Shown here: in pieces, positions 24,609-36,886 of the stretch
Position numbering within the stretch: position 1 is the stretch's first letter
How the letters are laid out: the number at the start of each line of letters is the position of its first letter
Source: Okamejei kenojei
Taxonomy: Eukaryota
Direction: 5' to 3'
Length of the DNA: 64,000 nucleotides
Assembly (NCBI GenBank): GCA_035221665.1
Contig: CM069133.1
Span: 137,330,001-137,394,000, forward strand
Position numbers and translations under genes: made by a program
The notes under the pieces: generated by a model
Databases searched by the model: none
Seen by the model: the letters and a program-made list of their open reading frames with translations, nothing else
What the model was told of the DNA's origin: nothing

Positions 24609-24736
24609 GTTTTTGCTCCGATCTTTTTACTATAACATTAAATTGTTCAGTGTTGTAATCTGTCAGGGATATGGTTTTTGCTCCGATCCTTTTACTATAA
24701 CATTCAATTGTTCAGTAGTAATCTGTCAGGGATATG
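24609..24736. repeat. Tandem duplication, 2 x ~64 bp
   Basis: GTTTTTGCTCCGATC...CTGTCAGGGATATG repeated with about 4 differences. Confidence 0.9.
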
Positions 24737-24780
24737 GCTTTGTGGGATTTAAAATGTATCGGATACATGCTCTGGAATTA

Positions 24781-24968
24781 CAGATGCTCCCCTGATTTAC
24801 GATGCTTCGACTTGCGATATTTCGACTTTACGATCAGCAAACGCTCAGCAACGGCGGCGAACCGCACGTTACTTCCGGTCACGTGATCGCATTGTATTAA
24901 ATGCGTTTTCGACTGGCGATATTTCCGATTTACGGGACGTAACCCCATCGTAGGTCGAGGAGCAGCTG
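24781..24968. mobile_element. Tc1/mariner (pogo/Tigger-like) MITE
   Basis: TA|CAGATGCTCCCCTGATTTACGATG ... CATCGTAGGTCGAGGAGCAGCTG|TA; internal TTTCGACTT sub-repeats. Confidence 0.85.
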
Positions 24969-25218
24969 TACATTATCCGTCACATCTCCACGTGACAATG
25001 AACTGTCAACAGTGATGGTTAGGATACGATTCAAAGCATACATTACAAATAACAAAATCATGATGTGTAATTTCAAGAGGTCATGCTTCCTTGTAATCCC
25101 TCATTCTATGTCAGAAATATCTTGGTGTCTACAAGGATTTAGTAACAGTTGGTTTGTAGCAGGTGCAGTCACCATTTCCAAACATATCTAAATCTCATAA
25201 CCTCTAACAAGTTGGCCG

Positions 25219-25523
25219 CTTAGTTTAGTTTCGAGACGACAACATAGAAGCGGGCCCTTTGGCCCACTGAGCCCACACTGACTATCGATCACCTGTTCAC
25301 GTTAGTTCTATGCAATCCCGCTTTTGCATCCATTCCCTAGGGATAATTTACAGAGGCCACTTAACTTAAAAAAAACAGCACCTCTTCAGGATGTGGGAGG
25401 AAACTGAGCACCTGGAGGGAACATGTGGGAGAACGTGCAAACTCCACACAGACGGCATCTGAGATCAGGATTGGGTCTCTGGTGTTGTGAGGCAGCGGCT
25501 TTACCAAACTGCGCCACTGTGCT
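25219..25523 (-). mobile_element. HE1-like SINE (older subfamily)
   Basis: TTAGTTTAGTTT tail; GGGAGAACGTGCAAACTCCACACAGAC V-domain. Confidence 0.85.
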
Positions 25524-25560
25524 TGTTAAACAGTTCAGATGTAAACAACTCAAATGGAAT

Positions 25561-25637
25561 TCCTCGGCATGTCAGCCAGCATCTGTACAGACATACCCAG
25601 GGTTAATGTTTTAGATTGATGACCTTTCAACAGGACT
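25561..25637 (-). mobile_element. Old PLE hammerhead repeat (degenerate)
   Basis: Minus strand CTGTTGAAAGGTCATCAATCTAAAACATTAACC. Confidence 0.5.
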
Positions 25638-25989
25638 GCCTTGATGATTTTGATTGAGTGAAGAATGTCAAGTAAGAAATAATGTAGTTTGTCTTCAATT
25701 TTGCATCAGGCGATCTTTAAAACCCTCTTGAAAGATCCAATAGAAAGTTGCCCATTTATTGTAATCCTGCCCATAAAAGGTAACTGCATCATTAATTTTA
25801 TCAAACAAAAAATGCAGACGATGTTGGCAAGATCAATATTTATTATTCATCTCTAGTTACCTGTTAACCAAATTAATTGCACTTACACTAATCCCTTTGG
25901 TGGATCTAGAGTGACACGTAGGCCAGGGAAGTTTAGATTTTAGGTAGATTTTAACAATAATCTAATTACCATATATGGTCATTATAATC

Positions 25990-26109
25990 CTTTTCTTTCT
26001 CCCCTCCCCCTCCTCCAGCATTACTTCTCTGGCTTCACAATTTGCAACTATCAGTCCGTCCCACACCTTCTCTGTTCTTTGTTCCAACCATTTGCCTAAC
26101 AAAATCTCG

Positions 26110-26152
<43 letters not shown>

Positions 26153-26355
26153 AGCTTTGTCCGGCCTCCTCATTCCTCCCAGCATTCTGCCTCCCCCCCC
26201 CCCCATTAATCAGTCTGAAGCATGATCTTTGGCCTGAAGAAAGTCCCAACCCAAAACGTCACCTGTCCATAGTCTCCAGAGATGCTGCCTGACCCGCTGA
26301 GTTACTCCAGCAGTGTCCTTTAGTGCAAACCAGCAACTGCAGTTCCTTGTTTCTA
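25990..26355 (+). mobile_element. PLE 3'UTR plus hammerhead repeat with an expanded poly-C
   Basis: Pyrimidine-rich UTR, C run at 26109-26152, CAGTCTGAAG...CCTGAAGAAAGTCCCAACCCAAAACGTC, long tail. Confidence 0.8.
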
Positions 26356-26559
26356 TGAAACATGTGTGGAGTTCATCAATGGGAATTGGTCAACCTTCCA
26401 CTATTGTGTGCGTGTTTCCAACTTTTGGAAGTGCTCGGGCGAAAATCTGCCACACTACTATTGGTGATCTGACTTTGCCATTAGTTCAGGCTTTGCTGGC
26501 CCAGATGCTTGATTTCGTATCTGGATAAACTGAGCATCTTTTGTTTGACATATTTGAGG

Positions 26560-26862
26560 GAGCATTGGGCCCCTGCTGCATGACCAGCCCCGAACCGGGG
26601 TCAGATCGCCCCGACGCGAGGGCCCAAACGCCGCCGGCTACGGGAGTCAAGATCACCCCGTCAACAGAAGGCTCGAGGCCCCCGACCGCGGGAGAACAAA
26701 GAAAGGAAGAGATTTAACTTTTTTTCACAGTGAGGAATGTGGAAATTTATGTTAAAATATATTTGTGTGTTCTGCTGCTTTTTATTGGTACGACTGTATG
26801 TCAAATCAAATTCCTTGTATGTTGCAAAACATACTAGGCTAATAAAGTGCGATTATGATTAA
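26560..26862 (+). mobile_element. Second member of the unclassified GC-rich retroelement family
   Basis: Shares its 3' end with 12620-13142; CpG-rich 5' part. Confidence 0.6.
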
Positions 26863-27621
26863 GACACATCTGCCTCAATTGTGATGTCCATTTCTTTTCT
26901 TATGAATAGTTTTTCCTAGTCTAAGAACCCTTGGTGAACCAGTGAATAAAAGAAAGTTAAGTGGACACTGAAATATATTTTATTTCTGCCAAAAGCTGAC
27001 CTGAGTTTGATTTATTTCAGGAGCGCATGATGGCAAAGTCTTACCTGCCCCTTCACGCATGAAATTACTTTTTTGGTTTACGCAGAGCTTTTGTTATCTA
27101 CCTAAACCAAACTTTAGGTAGTTTTTTTAACTGTGAAGGTAATAAAACATATATTTTTCTATTATTCACTGACAGGCCAGTAGTGGTGAGGGAATATTCT
27201 GCGCTTGTACTGACTGTTCTGTGGCCCACCAAGGCAGGTGTTTTACTTGAGGCAGCTACCTGAAATGACTTGCATGCTTTCACTAATCGTGGCCAGACAG
27301 CTGTATTTGACAAACTTTTAAGCACAAGTGTTTGAAGCTGAACAAAACATTTAGGTCTTCTGGTATTTTTATATGTTGCTTGCATGGTGGGAGAGCAGTT
27401 TTCAAAAGGAGTAAGTTTACATTGATTAATGCTTGCCCCATTTTTCTTCTGCAGTGTCCAATTGGAGTGCTGGCATGAATGGGGCTTGTAAGTTATTTTG
27501 CCTCTCACGATCATTCTTAGAACCAACAATCCAAGGATCCACCTTTTATCTTGTCAGATGATCCCAATGATAGGAGTATTGATGTATGTCAGTTTGGATC
27601 AAATTGTATTTACTCTTTGAG

Positions 27622-27863
27622 TACACAAAAGGACACGAACTGTTGGAGTAACTCAGTGGGTCAGGCAGCATCCATGGAGAACTTGGATAAATGACGTTTC
27701 GGGTTGTGACCATTCTTCAGACCCTTTTTCAGTCTGAACAAGAGTCTCAATTCAAGACGTCACCTATCCATGTTTTCCAGAGATGCTGCCTGACCCGCTG
27801 AGTTACTCCAGCACTTTGTGTCCGTTTGTATATTAACCAGCATCTGCAGTTCTTTATTTCTAC
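27622..27863. mobile_element. Head-to-head inverted pair of PLE hammerhead elements
   Basis: Minus copy ends CTTCAGAC; plus copy starts CAGTCTGAAC; ~100-bp imperfect palindrome. Confidence 0.85.
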
Positions 27864-29843
27864 TCTTTCAGTAAATTGCTGGCCCCTGCTGCAGGGATCT
27901 AACATAAACCAATGATTAATAGAGGTTAGTTAAGTGAATACTGTGGAATATTTGATATTGTTACTGTTCTATTATCAGACCCATGTCAAATAGAAACACT
28001 AAATAACTTACAAACTTGGAAATTTGGAAGGGAGAAGATGCAAAGAAAGATATTTGAGTATGATAAGCGAATTATAGATTTACTAATGAAGAAAGCATGT
28101 GTGAGCAACACAGTGGCAGGAAAAGGCAGTGCATGAAAGACCAGATAAATGGCAGATAAAGAAAAGGAGAGTAGAAAGATGGCACAAATCATTTTTAGGA
28201 AAATTGATGGCTATTTTTATTCTTGCCATGGACACTGGAGTAGAAAGTCAGTTCATCATCACACACCGTGTGCATAACTTTGTGACATGCTCCCGCCATG
28301 ATAAAGCAATGTGCCTTCTCAAGGAATTAACATGGGTGCGAATGGCCCCATAGTCATTCCTGACTGTGATGCCTCGTATCTGGCTTTTCTCTTCATTGGT
28401 CGATCGAGATAACATTCCCGCAGGCTGGGAGAAAGTTTTTGAATATGCTCTGAACATGTGTTGCAGTTTCAGTTTTGGTTTCTTGTCTTGTCAGTATCTT
28501 TTGTCAGAGCTGGCAGGCTAAAAAGCTGGCAAAAGCCTCCAGTAATTAGGAGAGGAGTTTAAGATCATATTGGAAATGAAGGGTTGAATTTTTCTGGAGG
28601 CTGCTACATCACACAAATGCTCCCCTTTCTTGTTCTGACTCCTTTGATTTCATCCATGATTTTATTTATGTGTACTTGAAAAAGTAAAAACATTTGGAGG
28701 ATAAGGAGTCTGCAAACAAACCCTTCAGCTGTTCCCGTTGATCCAAACCTCAAAATTACTGTTTTGATAACAGATTCAGCGCTGAACTCCTAACATAACT
28801 GGCCACGAATGAAATCACCCGTGAAATGAGAATTTTGAAAAGCAGCACAATGTCTGCATTCATTTGTCCATTGGGCATTAGTATAATTTTCCTAATTTAT
28901 CTGAAATATTTCGTTCTGTTCTGTGTTGGTTCCTCATTTGGGGGGAGGTTGGAATCAATCCCCTTTTAACTGCTTGAGATGTATGCTTAATAGTATTGTT
29001 ATTTGTGTAGATAATATGCTGTTTCTAATGTACAGGAGCAGTACATTGTGGAATGGTGAAGCACTCTTGTACTAATATATTTTCACCATTGTTAGGAACA
29101 AAAGTGAATGCTGCTGAGGCAGCAATGAGGAACCAATTATTTGAAAAATTGTCAAGGCGGGGCATGGTCAAAGGTCATAAAGGGATGAGTAAACGTGGGC
29201 AGTGTTAAACATTACAGCTATTGGACCTAAATCCACAGCAGTGGGTGCATGATGCTAATTATTTTAATTTGTGAGTGTTAGTGTAACATCAGTGTTTTTA
29301 TATAAACACTGAGGATTCCGTGCAATGGTAATATGCATTTCTGGTGTGTGTGTTGAAGCAGAAACTGCTTAATGTTTGCTCTTGTGGTTTATTTACCTAC
29401 ATTCCTAAATGTGTAATTGCCATACAATACTGACCATATTCAAAAATAATACTTAAACTAAGTCTCCTGACATGTGCAATTACTCTCATTCTTTGATTCA
29501 ACTTAAAATATTTTTTCTGTCCTTTTGAAAGCAGAAGCTGAACAGTATTATAGATTCATCTATGTCACCCCTCCCACATTTTTAGTCTGCATTGTGTGTG
29601 TTGAATGGCAATCTTATCAAAGGAGACATCAGAATTGAGCTTAATTCTGCTCTCATCATCTCCATGGAGCAGCATTTATCATGTAATACAGATCGGTCGT
29701 GGGATACTCCAGTCCCAGGATGCTGAGGCAGAATGAACTGACCCATTGCTTCTCTAATTGAGATTAACTGGCTCCTCCTGGACAGGGAATTGAATCGCGA
29801 TAGGCATTTACTTTAGTGCAGTGAGCCATTTGGGTTTGTTATG

Positions 29844-30038
29844 AGTAAGAAGGAACTGCGGATGCTGGTTTAAACCAAAGGTAGACACAAAAAGCTGGAG
29901 TAACTCAGCGGGGCAGGCAGCATCTCTTGAGGAAAAGGAATGGGTATCTTTTCTGGTCTCGACCCGAAACGTCACCCATTCCTTCTCCCCAGAGATGCTG
30001 CCTGTCCCACTGAGTTACTCCAGCTTTCTGTGTCTATC
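29844..30038. mobile_element. Head-to-head inverted PLE pair within one TSD
   Basis: 14-bp TSD TTGGGTTYGTTATG (29830-29843 / 30039-30052). Confidence 0.88.
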
Positions 30039-30810
30039 TTGGGTTCGTTATGTGCAATGCATGGCAATGAGCCTAATAGAAAATGCTTCTAGTTTCACTG
30101 TTTTCTTGAGAAAGCTGAATGCATTTAAGTGGCCTCTTTCACGGGTTCAGGCTATATTGCTGGCACCAATTTAACGACTGCTGGTGAAACACTAACTGTC
30201 TTGGGTTGCACATGTTAAATAAATGGCCAGTTCAGGTTACCTTCCTCACCTCTTGGATTTATTGCCTGATACTTGGGTATGGGCCAGATGGAGCTCAAAG
30301 CAATGATTGGAATTCCTAGCATTCTACTACTGAAGAGTAGTTGAGGGTAATTAGTTTGCTGATAACCTACACTATGAAATAGTTATTTTATTTGAGTTTA
30401 TTTATTATCACAGGCATAGGTCATTTGGTCCATAATGTTGAGAGATGAAGCATTATAATTCTATATTCTCATTTTATTGCGTAATTACATTACGATGCAT
30501 TCTCATAAGAAAGTCATGGTTGTATCTTGTGCAATGGAATAAAATTTGTGACTGGTTTTGAGAGTGAGAAAAATTCAAATATTTTTGCATACCTTTTGGT
30601 GATTCAACATTGGTTGGTTTGGGGCGAGTTGATTTGCTCCTCTGTAAATAAGCAAGTGACGCTTCCCGTGGATACGTGGAGAGGAAACTCAGCGATGAGG
30701 TAGACTGAGAGAGTCACGGGCATTTTCAATACTTTATTTCCGACTTTAAGTTAACATTTCTAAAAAAAAAACACTGAAAATGCTGGTTGTGCGTGCCCTC
30801 CATTTTGTTT

Positions 30811-30905
30811 GGATGAACGTTCATCAATCTGAAATGTTATCTCAGTTACTTTCTCTCCAGTTGGTTTCTGATCTATCAAGAAATAGCAACCGTTTTTGTT
30901 TATCT
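30811..30905 (+). mobile_element. Old PLE hammerhead repeat (degenerate)
   Basis: GATGAACGTTCATCAATCTGAAATGTTATCTC...TTTCTCTCCAG. Confidence 0.4.
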
Positions 30906-31608
30906 CTTCAGGATTATTTAGTTTTTTGAGATTTGCATTGATGGTGAGTGACCCAGTGTTCCCTGGAGAACAGGAAGAATGTTGGCACTGATAGAACCTT
31001 TCTTCTCAAGCTTCCTGAATCTTTTATGTGTGGCCCTTTACTCTCAGTTGCTTTAGTGTAGGAAAGGATAGTTGCACCACTAGGTAACGGAGGATAACAA
31101 GAAATAGATTGATCACAAAGATCAAATAAACATACTGGAAAAGCCAAACTGTTTGATACATAACGCTACTCTGTTTGTTTAACCTCAGATTAGACTGTTG
31201 AAAACCTAAATGGTATTAAACCAATTGTAGCATTTTTAAATTTTTGTTTAACACCTCCTAAATCATAATTCCTTTACAGCACCTGTTTTCTTTTTAGTTG
31301 GGAATTGGTCATAGCATTGCAGATGTGAGTTGTTCCTCCACTATGTATCGTCCTTTGATAAACCTCATCTCTAGATCTTGGTCAGTGAGGAATTGAACAT
31401 TCTTGAGTGTACGCAGTTTCAATTCAGACCACTTTCAGATGTATTCAGCAACAAAGGGGGAAGTTAAAGCAGCTGAATAATATAACTACCTATTTGTTTT
31501 TCATTGCTCTAATTGTGCTGTGATCAAAGTTGTGTAATTTCAATTTTATTTGACAAGAAATTACTTTTATTTTTTGATTCCTTTTTTTCCATAATTTCTC
31601 TTTTTCTC

Positions 31609-31702
31609 CCTGAAGGATCTCGACCCGAAACGCCACCCATTCCTTCCATTCAGACATGCTGCCTGTCCTGCTGAGTTACTCCAGCATTTTGTGTCTATCT
31701 TC
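31609..31702 (+). mobile_element. PLE-derived hammerhead element
   Basis: CTGAAGGATCTCGACCCGAAACGCC...TTTTGTGTCTATC. Confidence 0.85.
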
Positions 31703-32789
31703 TGTTTTTCCTAATTTGATTTCTAATTTTGCATGAAAGAAATGCCTTATCTGCTCAACTGATGTTCTTATGGGTTTATCTGGGGAAAATCTCGAAATGC
31801 ATCATTGTAGTGCTGAGTTTTTCTATGCCACGAGATGGCTTTTCAAAAAAAAACTCAATTGCTAAACAAACAATGCTCATCTTAGTGAGCCTTGTGTGAA
31901 ACTACAGTTCATACACGGCTCACAAATGGCTGAAGTCTCCAAGGCAGGAATAGGTTCTAACTGGTGTGTTGAGGCCTCCTTCGGTCTTAATTGTTATCAT
32001 CATTTTGGTGTCCCCATCTGGAATGCTGCCATGGTGCCTGAGGTGTAAATACTTCTTTTCAGGCAGGTTTTCTGTTATGTTTTAGTAATTCCTTCAGTTT
32101 TTCTTTTTGGTTTTTGTGTGCCCCTCCTCTTCCCTTGGCCACTAATAAACTCAGACACTACGCAATCATCTTTCTTACCACACCCTCCCCTTTCTTGCAT
32201 CTCAATTATCTCCACAGCTGAACATAATACCCTTCTAAGCTTCTCCCACCATTTTACTCTTTTCTTTCCCTTAAATTTCCTTTTAAAAGTTTAAATTTCT
32301 TTTAAAAGAATCGACAATCAACGACTATCTCTCTCCTGATGTTAGCCACCTGGCATCCAGCCCATAAAAATTATTTCCAAAAACAACCCAGAACATTTAA
32401 CTGATGCTGGACAAAAGTGCATTCCCTTCCAACAGCTGTTTTCAGCATAATGTATTTTCAAATTAAAAAACTGGGTTAGGGTTCGTGCAAGATCTCTCAC
32501 TGCATGTGCCATCATTCATGAAAATTTGCCCTAAGCAGTAACTTAACACTGGTGGGTTTTCTTCTCTTCCTATCCTGTTTCTCAAAATATTAGATATCTT
32601 TTGCCATTTTGCATTTATCCGTTGTATTACAGTAAGAAAATCCTTGTCAAACCCCACGTTGCAATGAGACCCAGAGAATGTTGTGTTAATCCTGAAAAAA
32701 AGGAGAGATTTTCTGCTCCTAATAAGGTTGTTTTAAAATCTAATTCGAGCCACATTATAATTCCATTTGTGGGTCAAATACCCAACATT

Positions 32790-33137
32790 GCTTGGTCACA
32801 AGTGGTGACGATAGGGGACTAGCAGCCAGAGAAATGAACCATTGATCCAGAGCAATGTTCCAATCCCACCACGGCAGATGGGGAATTTAAATTCAAGTAA
32901 TTGAATTAATCAGGAAAAATAAAGGTATTTTTTGGCCTTGGAAACCAGAAATGTTCTGCATTGTGATAAAATGATGTCCTTCAGAGGAGATTTACCATTG
33001 TTACCTGAATTGGCCAACATGTCACTTGGCCAAGTTATGTTTGACTCTTACCTGCCTCCTCAATTTAGGGAACATTAGAGATGAACAATATTTGCTGGTG
33101 TTGGCAGTGATGTCTGCATCTTGTGAATAAATAAATT
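32790..33137 (+). mobile_element. Old elasmobranch tRNA-derived SINE (non-HE1)
   Basis: GGACTAGCAGCCAGAG...GTTCCAATCCCACCACGGCAGATGG...GATGTCCTTCAG...GCTGGTGTTGGCAGTGATG...TGAATAAATAAA, recognised from memory of shark SINEs. Confidence 0.6.
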
Positions 33138-33684
33138 AAGGGTAGCAAATTAATCTAGGCTCACTTGGCAGCTGATTCCTGCTGAGAGTTTTGTTTTTAT
33201 ACTGTGGAAAGCAATTGGTAAGAAAACAAATGCAAGTGTATATAACCCGCTGAGTTACTCCAGCTTTTTGTGTCTATATACAACTACAAGTGGATATAAA
33301 AATTATATAATAGCTTTATGCAATCAAATCTAAATTTAATGCAAAATTATCTTCAACCCTATTGCAAACAAGCCTGAAAGTGAATTGGTTTAACGGATGG
33401 TTCATCCCCAGATTGAACTATCTCTCTCTGGATTTTCATTTATTCAGCAGACTGCTCTATAGTAAGACCTGCCTAACCCAGGCAACCGGTTCTGTGTAAC
33501 AGCAGTGAGCTTCTGTTGGGAGATGAGCACTGGTGTGAAAGTGCTGTTGGGTGTTCCTCAAAGTTTCCCGATGAAATGAATAGCATGGCCTCATCTGTAA
33601 TGTCAGACTGTCTGATAGTGGCAGCATCATCCTTTTGCTTTGTGAGTGCACCTGCTGCAGAAATTTGCGTTCATGTGCCTGTAA

Positions 33685-34386
33685 TAGGCCTGTCCCACTT
33701 TTGGCGATTTTTCAGCAGACTGTTAAGTTGGCGGCAGTTGCCTGAAAAACGGCTACTGTGAGACACACACACACACACACACACACACCACCCCCACCCC
33801 ACACCCCACACACCCCCACACACCCACACACACAGCTTGGCCTGTCTAAAAAAATTCACAAGGGCCACAGCCAAGGAGATACAGACACACACTGTGATGA
33901 ACAGGAAGGTTGGCACTGTAATTAAGACGGCTAAAGCACAGTGTATGGCAAGTCCGTCCTTTAAAAGAGAAGGGGGGGGGGGGAGAAGGAGTCCAGACAA
34001 CTTTTAACGAGCCAGAGAAACACGGCTGTGAAGCTCGGCGGAAATTTAACGTATCCTTGGTTCTGAACACTACTGCTTACCTTTCTTCCCCAATGACCCA
34101 ATGCAATTCACTGGTCAGCACCGGCTACAATCTACGAGAACTTCCGAGGACCTCGACCTCCTGGCGACCCACCTACGGCTCGAGAATTCTCGCTACTCTC
34201 CACGGCGCCTTCATTCTAGTCGGCGCTAATTTTTCAACATGTTGAAAAATTCACGGTGACCATAACGAGGCCGCGACAAGTTGCCAGAAAGCGGGAACTC
34301 CTCACGACCATGAAGGCGACTCCCCGGCAACCACCTGCATGGTCTCTTGCAGTCGCCTAAAAAGTTGCCTAAGTGGGACAGGCCTA
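33685..34386. mobile_element. PIF/Harbinger-type MITE with internal (CA)n
   Basis: TIRs TAGGCCTGTCCCACTT-TTGGCGATTTTT / AAAAAGTTGCCT-AAGTGGGACAGGCCTA; flanks TAA and CAA. Confidence 0.8.
33763..33832. repeat. (CA)n / C-rich microsatellite
   Basis: Direct reading. Confidence 0.9.
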
Positions 34387-35806
34387 CAAAACTGCAGCAA
34401 GTAAGAATTTCATTGTTCCGGTCCCAATGCCTAAGACAGCGAGACCTGGGTCATGGTAACACATCTTGACTGGATTTGTACTGATGTGAACAAAATCCTT
34501 GGTGACTCTATAACTGCACTTGATATTCCCTGATAAGTTTACATGAGGGCTAAAGATTTAAGACCGAGATCAGGGTCCGAGGGTGATAGGACATAAAGTA
34601 CAGGTTCCTCATCAACTGGAAGTTTAGTTTGTTAATCACTGAAAATACTAAGTGGGAGAATACTTGCATGAAAGCAAGAGGATTAAATCTGACTAGAAAT
34701 AAGAATAAGAATGCTGTGAATATGAATATTGTTTTTGGCTATTTTAAACCATATGCAAATATGGTTTTACAGAACCAGCCTTCTGCCTGATGGAAACGAT
34801 TCATCAGTATGCAGACACACAATCCATCAAGTGTTCCATATACATGCATCTCTATGAGATATTATGTGGATGCAATAATTGGATTACATGAATACAAATA
34901 CATAGAATTCAACAAGATTACTGGCATCCTTAATTAACCCACCGTTAATGGGGATTGCAATAGATAAAGAAATAATGTCATGCATAGAACTCATAAAAAT
35001 ATGATTGTTGCAATCATATATCTGAAGAATCATGTGTTCATAACTACAGGTAGGCAAAAGGTCATACACCTTTGAACACAGAGGAAAAATTGTTATTGAT
35101 ATTGGCGTGTACCCACGGAAATAATATTTTATAAAAGACTACATTAACTGTTACCCTGAGTGACAAGTGAAGTGTATTGCTAAACCTAGAAAAATACAGA
35201 GCCAAAAATATAACAAGAAAATGTTATATTAAAAAAAAATGGCTTTCTCAGTCATGTGAGTATGCCATCATCAATCCTTTAATGGGATGTTCTGAGATTC
35301 AGTATGGCTTTTGAGAAGAATATTGAATACTTGGCCAGGAGAATCAAATATCAGTCCTGTTCTTAATTAACTTTAGATCACTCAGTTTTCTTCAGAGAGT
35401 TTGACCTGGCTGAATTGTTGGGGTGGATGTGATATGGTGAATGGCATGTTTTGGGCTTGGTTGTGATTGAAGTTAATTTCTTGCACTGCCTGAGGTCGAA
35501 CAAGAAGCTGTGTTGATATGTTAAATTAAGATTTATTTGTAATCTGGCTGAAGAGTTAGGATGAATGCTGAGGCTGACAGAGGAGGGAAATGAAGATGAT
35601 AGAAATGGCAGCAGAATTTATAATTTTAATTGAAAATAACTTGCATTTTTACTGTAGTCTCACGAGAAGTTGCCATAGTACCATTCCTCTTTTAAACTGG
35701 AAAGCATTGTTTTCTAATCCGAATGTGTAAAGTAAGATTGATAGTGCCTAGAAATTTTAATGGACCTTTAAGACCTTAGGAGCAACGAACATGGATTTGC
35801 ACATGT

Positions 35807-36009
35807 GTAGGAAGGAACTGCAGATGCTGATTTATACAGAAAATAGACACAAAATGTTGGAGCAACTTAGTGGGTTAGGCAGCATCTCTGAAGAAGAGGA
35901 ATGGGTGACATTTCTGGTTGGAACCCTTCAGTCTGAAGGAGGGTTTCAACCCGAAACGTCGCATATGCCTGACCCACTGAGTTATTCCAGGATTTCCTGT
36001 CTATCTTGG
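35807..36009. mobile_element. Head-to-head inverted PLE pair within one TSD
   Basis: 14-bp TSD GGATTTGCACATGT (35793-35806 / 36010-36023); inversion at CCCTTCAG|TCTGAAGG. Confidence 0.88.
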
Positions 36010-36354
36010 GGATTTGCACATGTTTGTCCTCAATTGGGTACCCACTAGTGCTCATTTGGAAGGCTGGGTTCAGAATGGTCAGCAGCTGACCTGAACTGTG
36101 GCTGGGGGCAGCAGTGAAGACTGGAATACTGAGTTGAGATTGGGTGGGTTTACAGAAATCAGATGCGAACTGCAATATTCAAATATTGGGTTGGAAAGGA
36201 AGGTTGGATGTGGAATTGGGAGACCATTTCTCACCTTTGCAAGTTGTTCCGAGAACAATCGGAGTGTTGTTGGTTGGGGAGAAGAGAGTGGAAAACGTGA
36301 AGATTTGCCTTTCAGAAACCTTGATCCATCACTGTGCTGGAAAAACCATTGCTC

Positions 36355-36602
36355 AAAATACATCTATTGATGTCCCCGAACACATCACCAGTGATGTACC
36401 CTGGGGTCATTGGGCATTTCGGGTCTTTCAACATCAGACACCCTCACCCAGGCGACCCAGCCGTGGTTGAACAGACCACCACTTGTGTTCAGGTGGCATT
36501 CGCTTCTCCCCATGGACCTTCTCTCCCGATCCAGAGCCACCTCGAGGCCTTCTCTGCTGCCTCTGTGATGTTCTTGACGGTTCTTCTCCTCGCCACTCTC
36601 GG
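36355..36602 (-). mobile_element. HERO/NeSL-like (REL-endonuclease) non-LTR retrotransposon 3' end
   Basis: Manual translation RVARRRTVKNITEAAEKASRWLWIGREGPW, followed by 3'UTR GGCTGGGTCGCCTGGGTGAGGGTGTCTGATGTTGAAAGACCCGAAA. Confidence 0.75.
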
Positions 36603-36717
36603 AGGTCCATTTTGGTCCACCGTCCCCCAGCAATGCTTTAAATGTTTTGGCGAAGAATTGATGTCATCCTACGATCCTGACATGGAAGTTGTGTCCAAGA
36701 ACAACTCAGTATCCACA

Positions 36718-36886
36718 GGTTAGACATAAAATGCAGGAGCAACTCAGCGGGACAGGCAGCATCTCTGGAGAGAAGGAATGGGTGAGGTGTCGGTTCAAGA
36801 CCCTTCTTCAGACTGTCCCGCAGAGTTACTCCAGCATTTTGTGTCTACCTTTGGTTTAAGCCAGGTTCTGCAGTGCCTTCCTACAC
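36718..36886. mobile_element. Head-to-head inverted PLE pair within one TSD
   Basis: 11-bp TSD CAGTATCCACA (36707-36717 / 36887-36897); inversion right after CTTCTTCAGACT. Confidence 0.88.

Noticed and set aside
26109-26152. Long poly-C (and poly-G at 42890-42921) giving poly-Pro/Gly ORFs
   Set aside because: Homopolymer expansions within TE sequence; lengths are prone to sequencing error
27098-27529. 143-aa ORF (also 15045-15452, 135 aa)
   Set aside because: No recognisable domain, no splice-consistent exon, and composition typical of random non-coding translation
27622-27863. Interpretation as a TIR DNA transposon (MITE)
   Set aside because: The arms are copies of the PLE terminal repeat that also occur singly, and TSD lengths in the family vary (8-15 bp), unlike the fixed TSDs of DDE elements
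36405-36445. Hammerhead-like CTGATG...GAAA in the HERO 3'UTR (minus strand)
   Set aside because: Lacks A9 (CUGAUGU), a proper stem II and a correctly placed UH triplet; not called as a ribozyme
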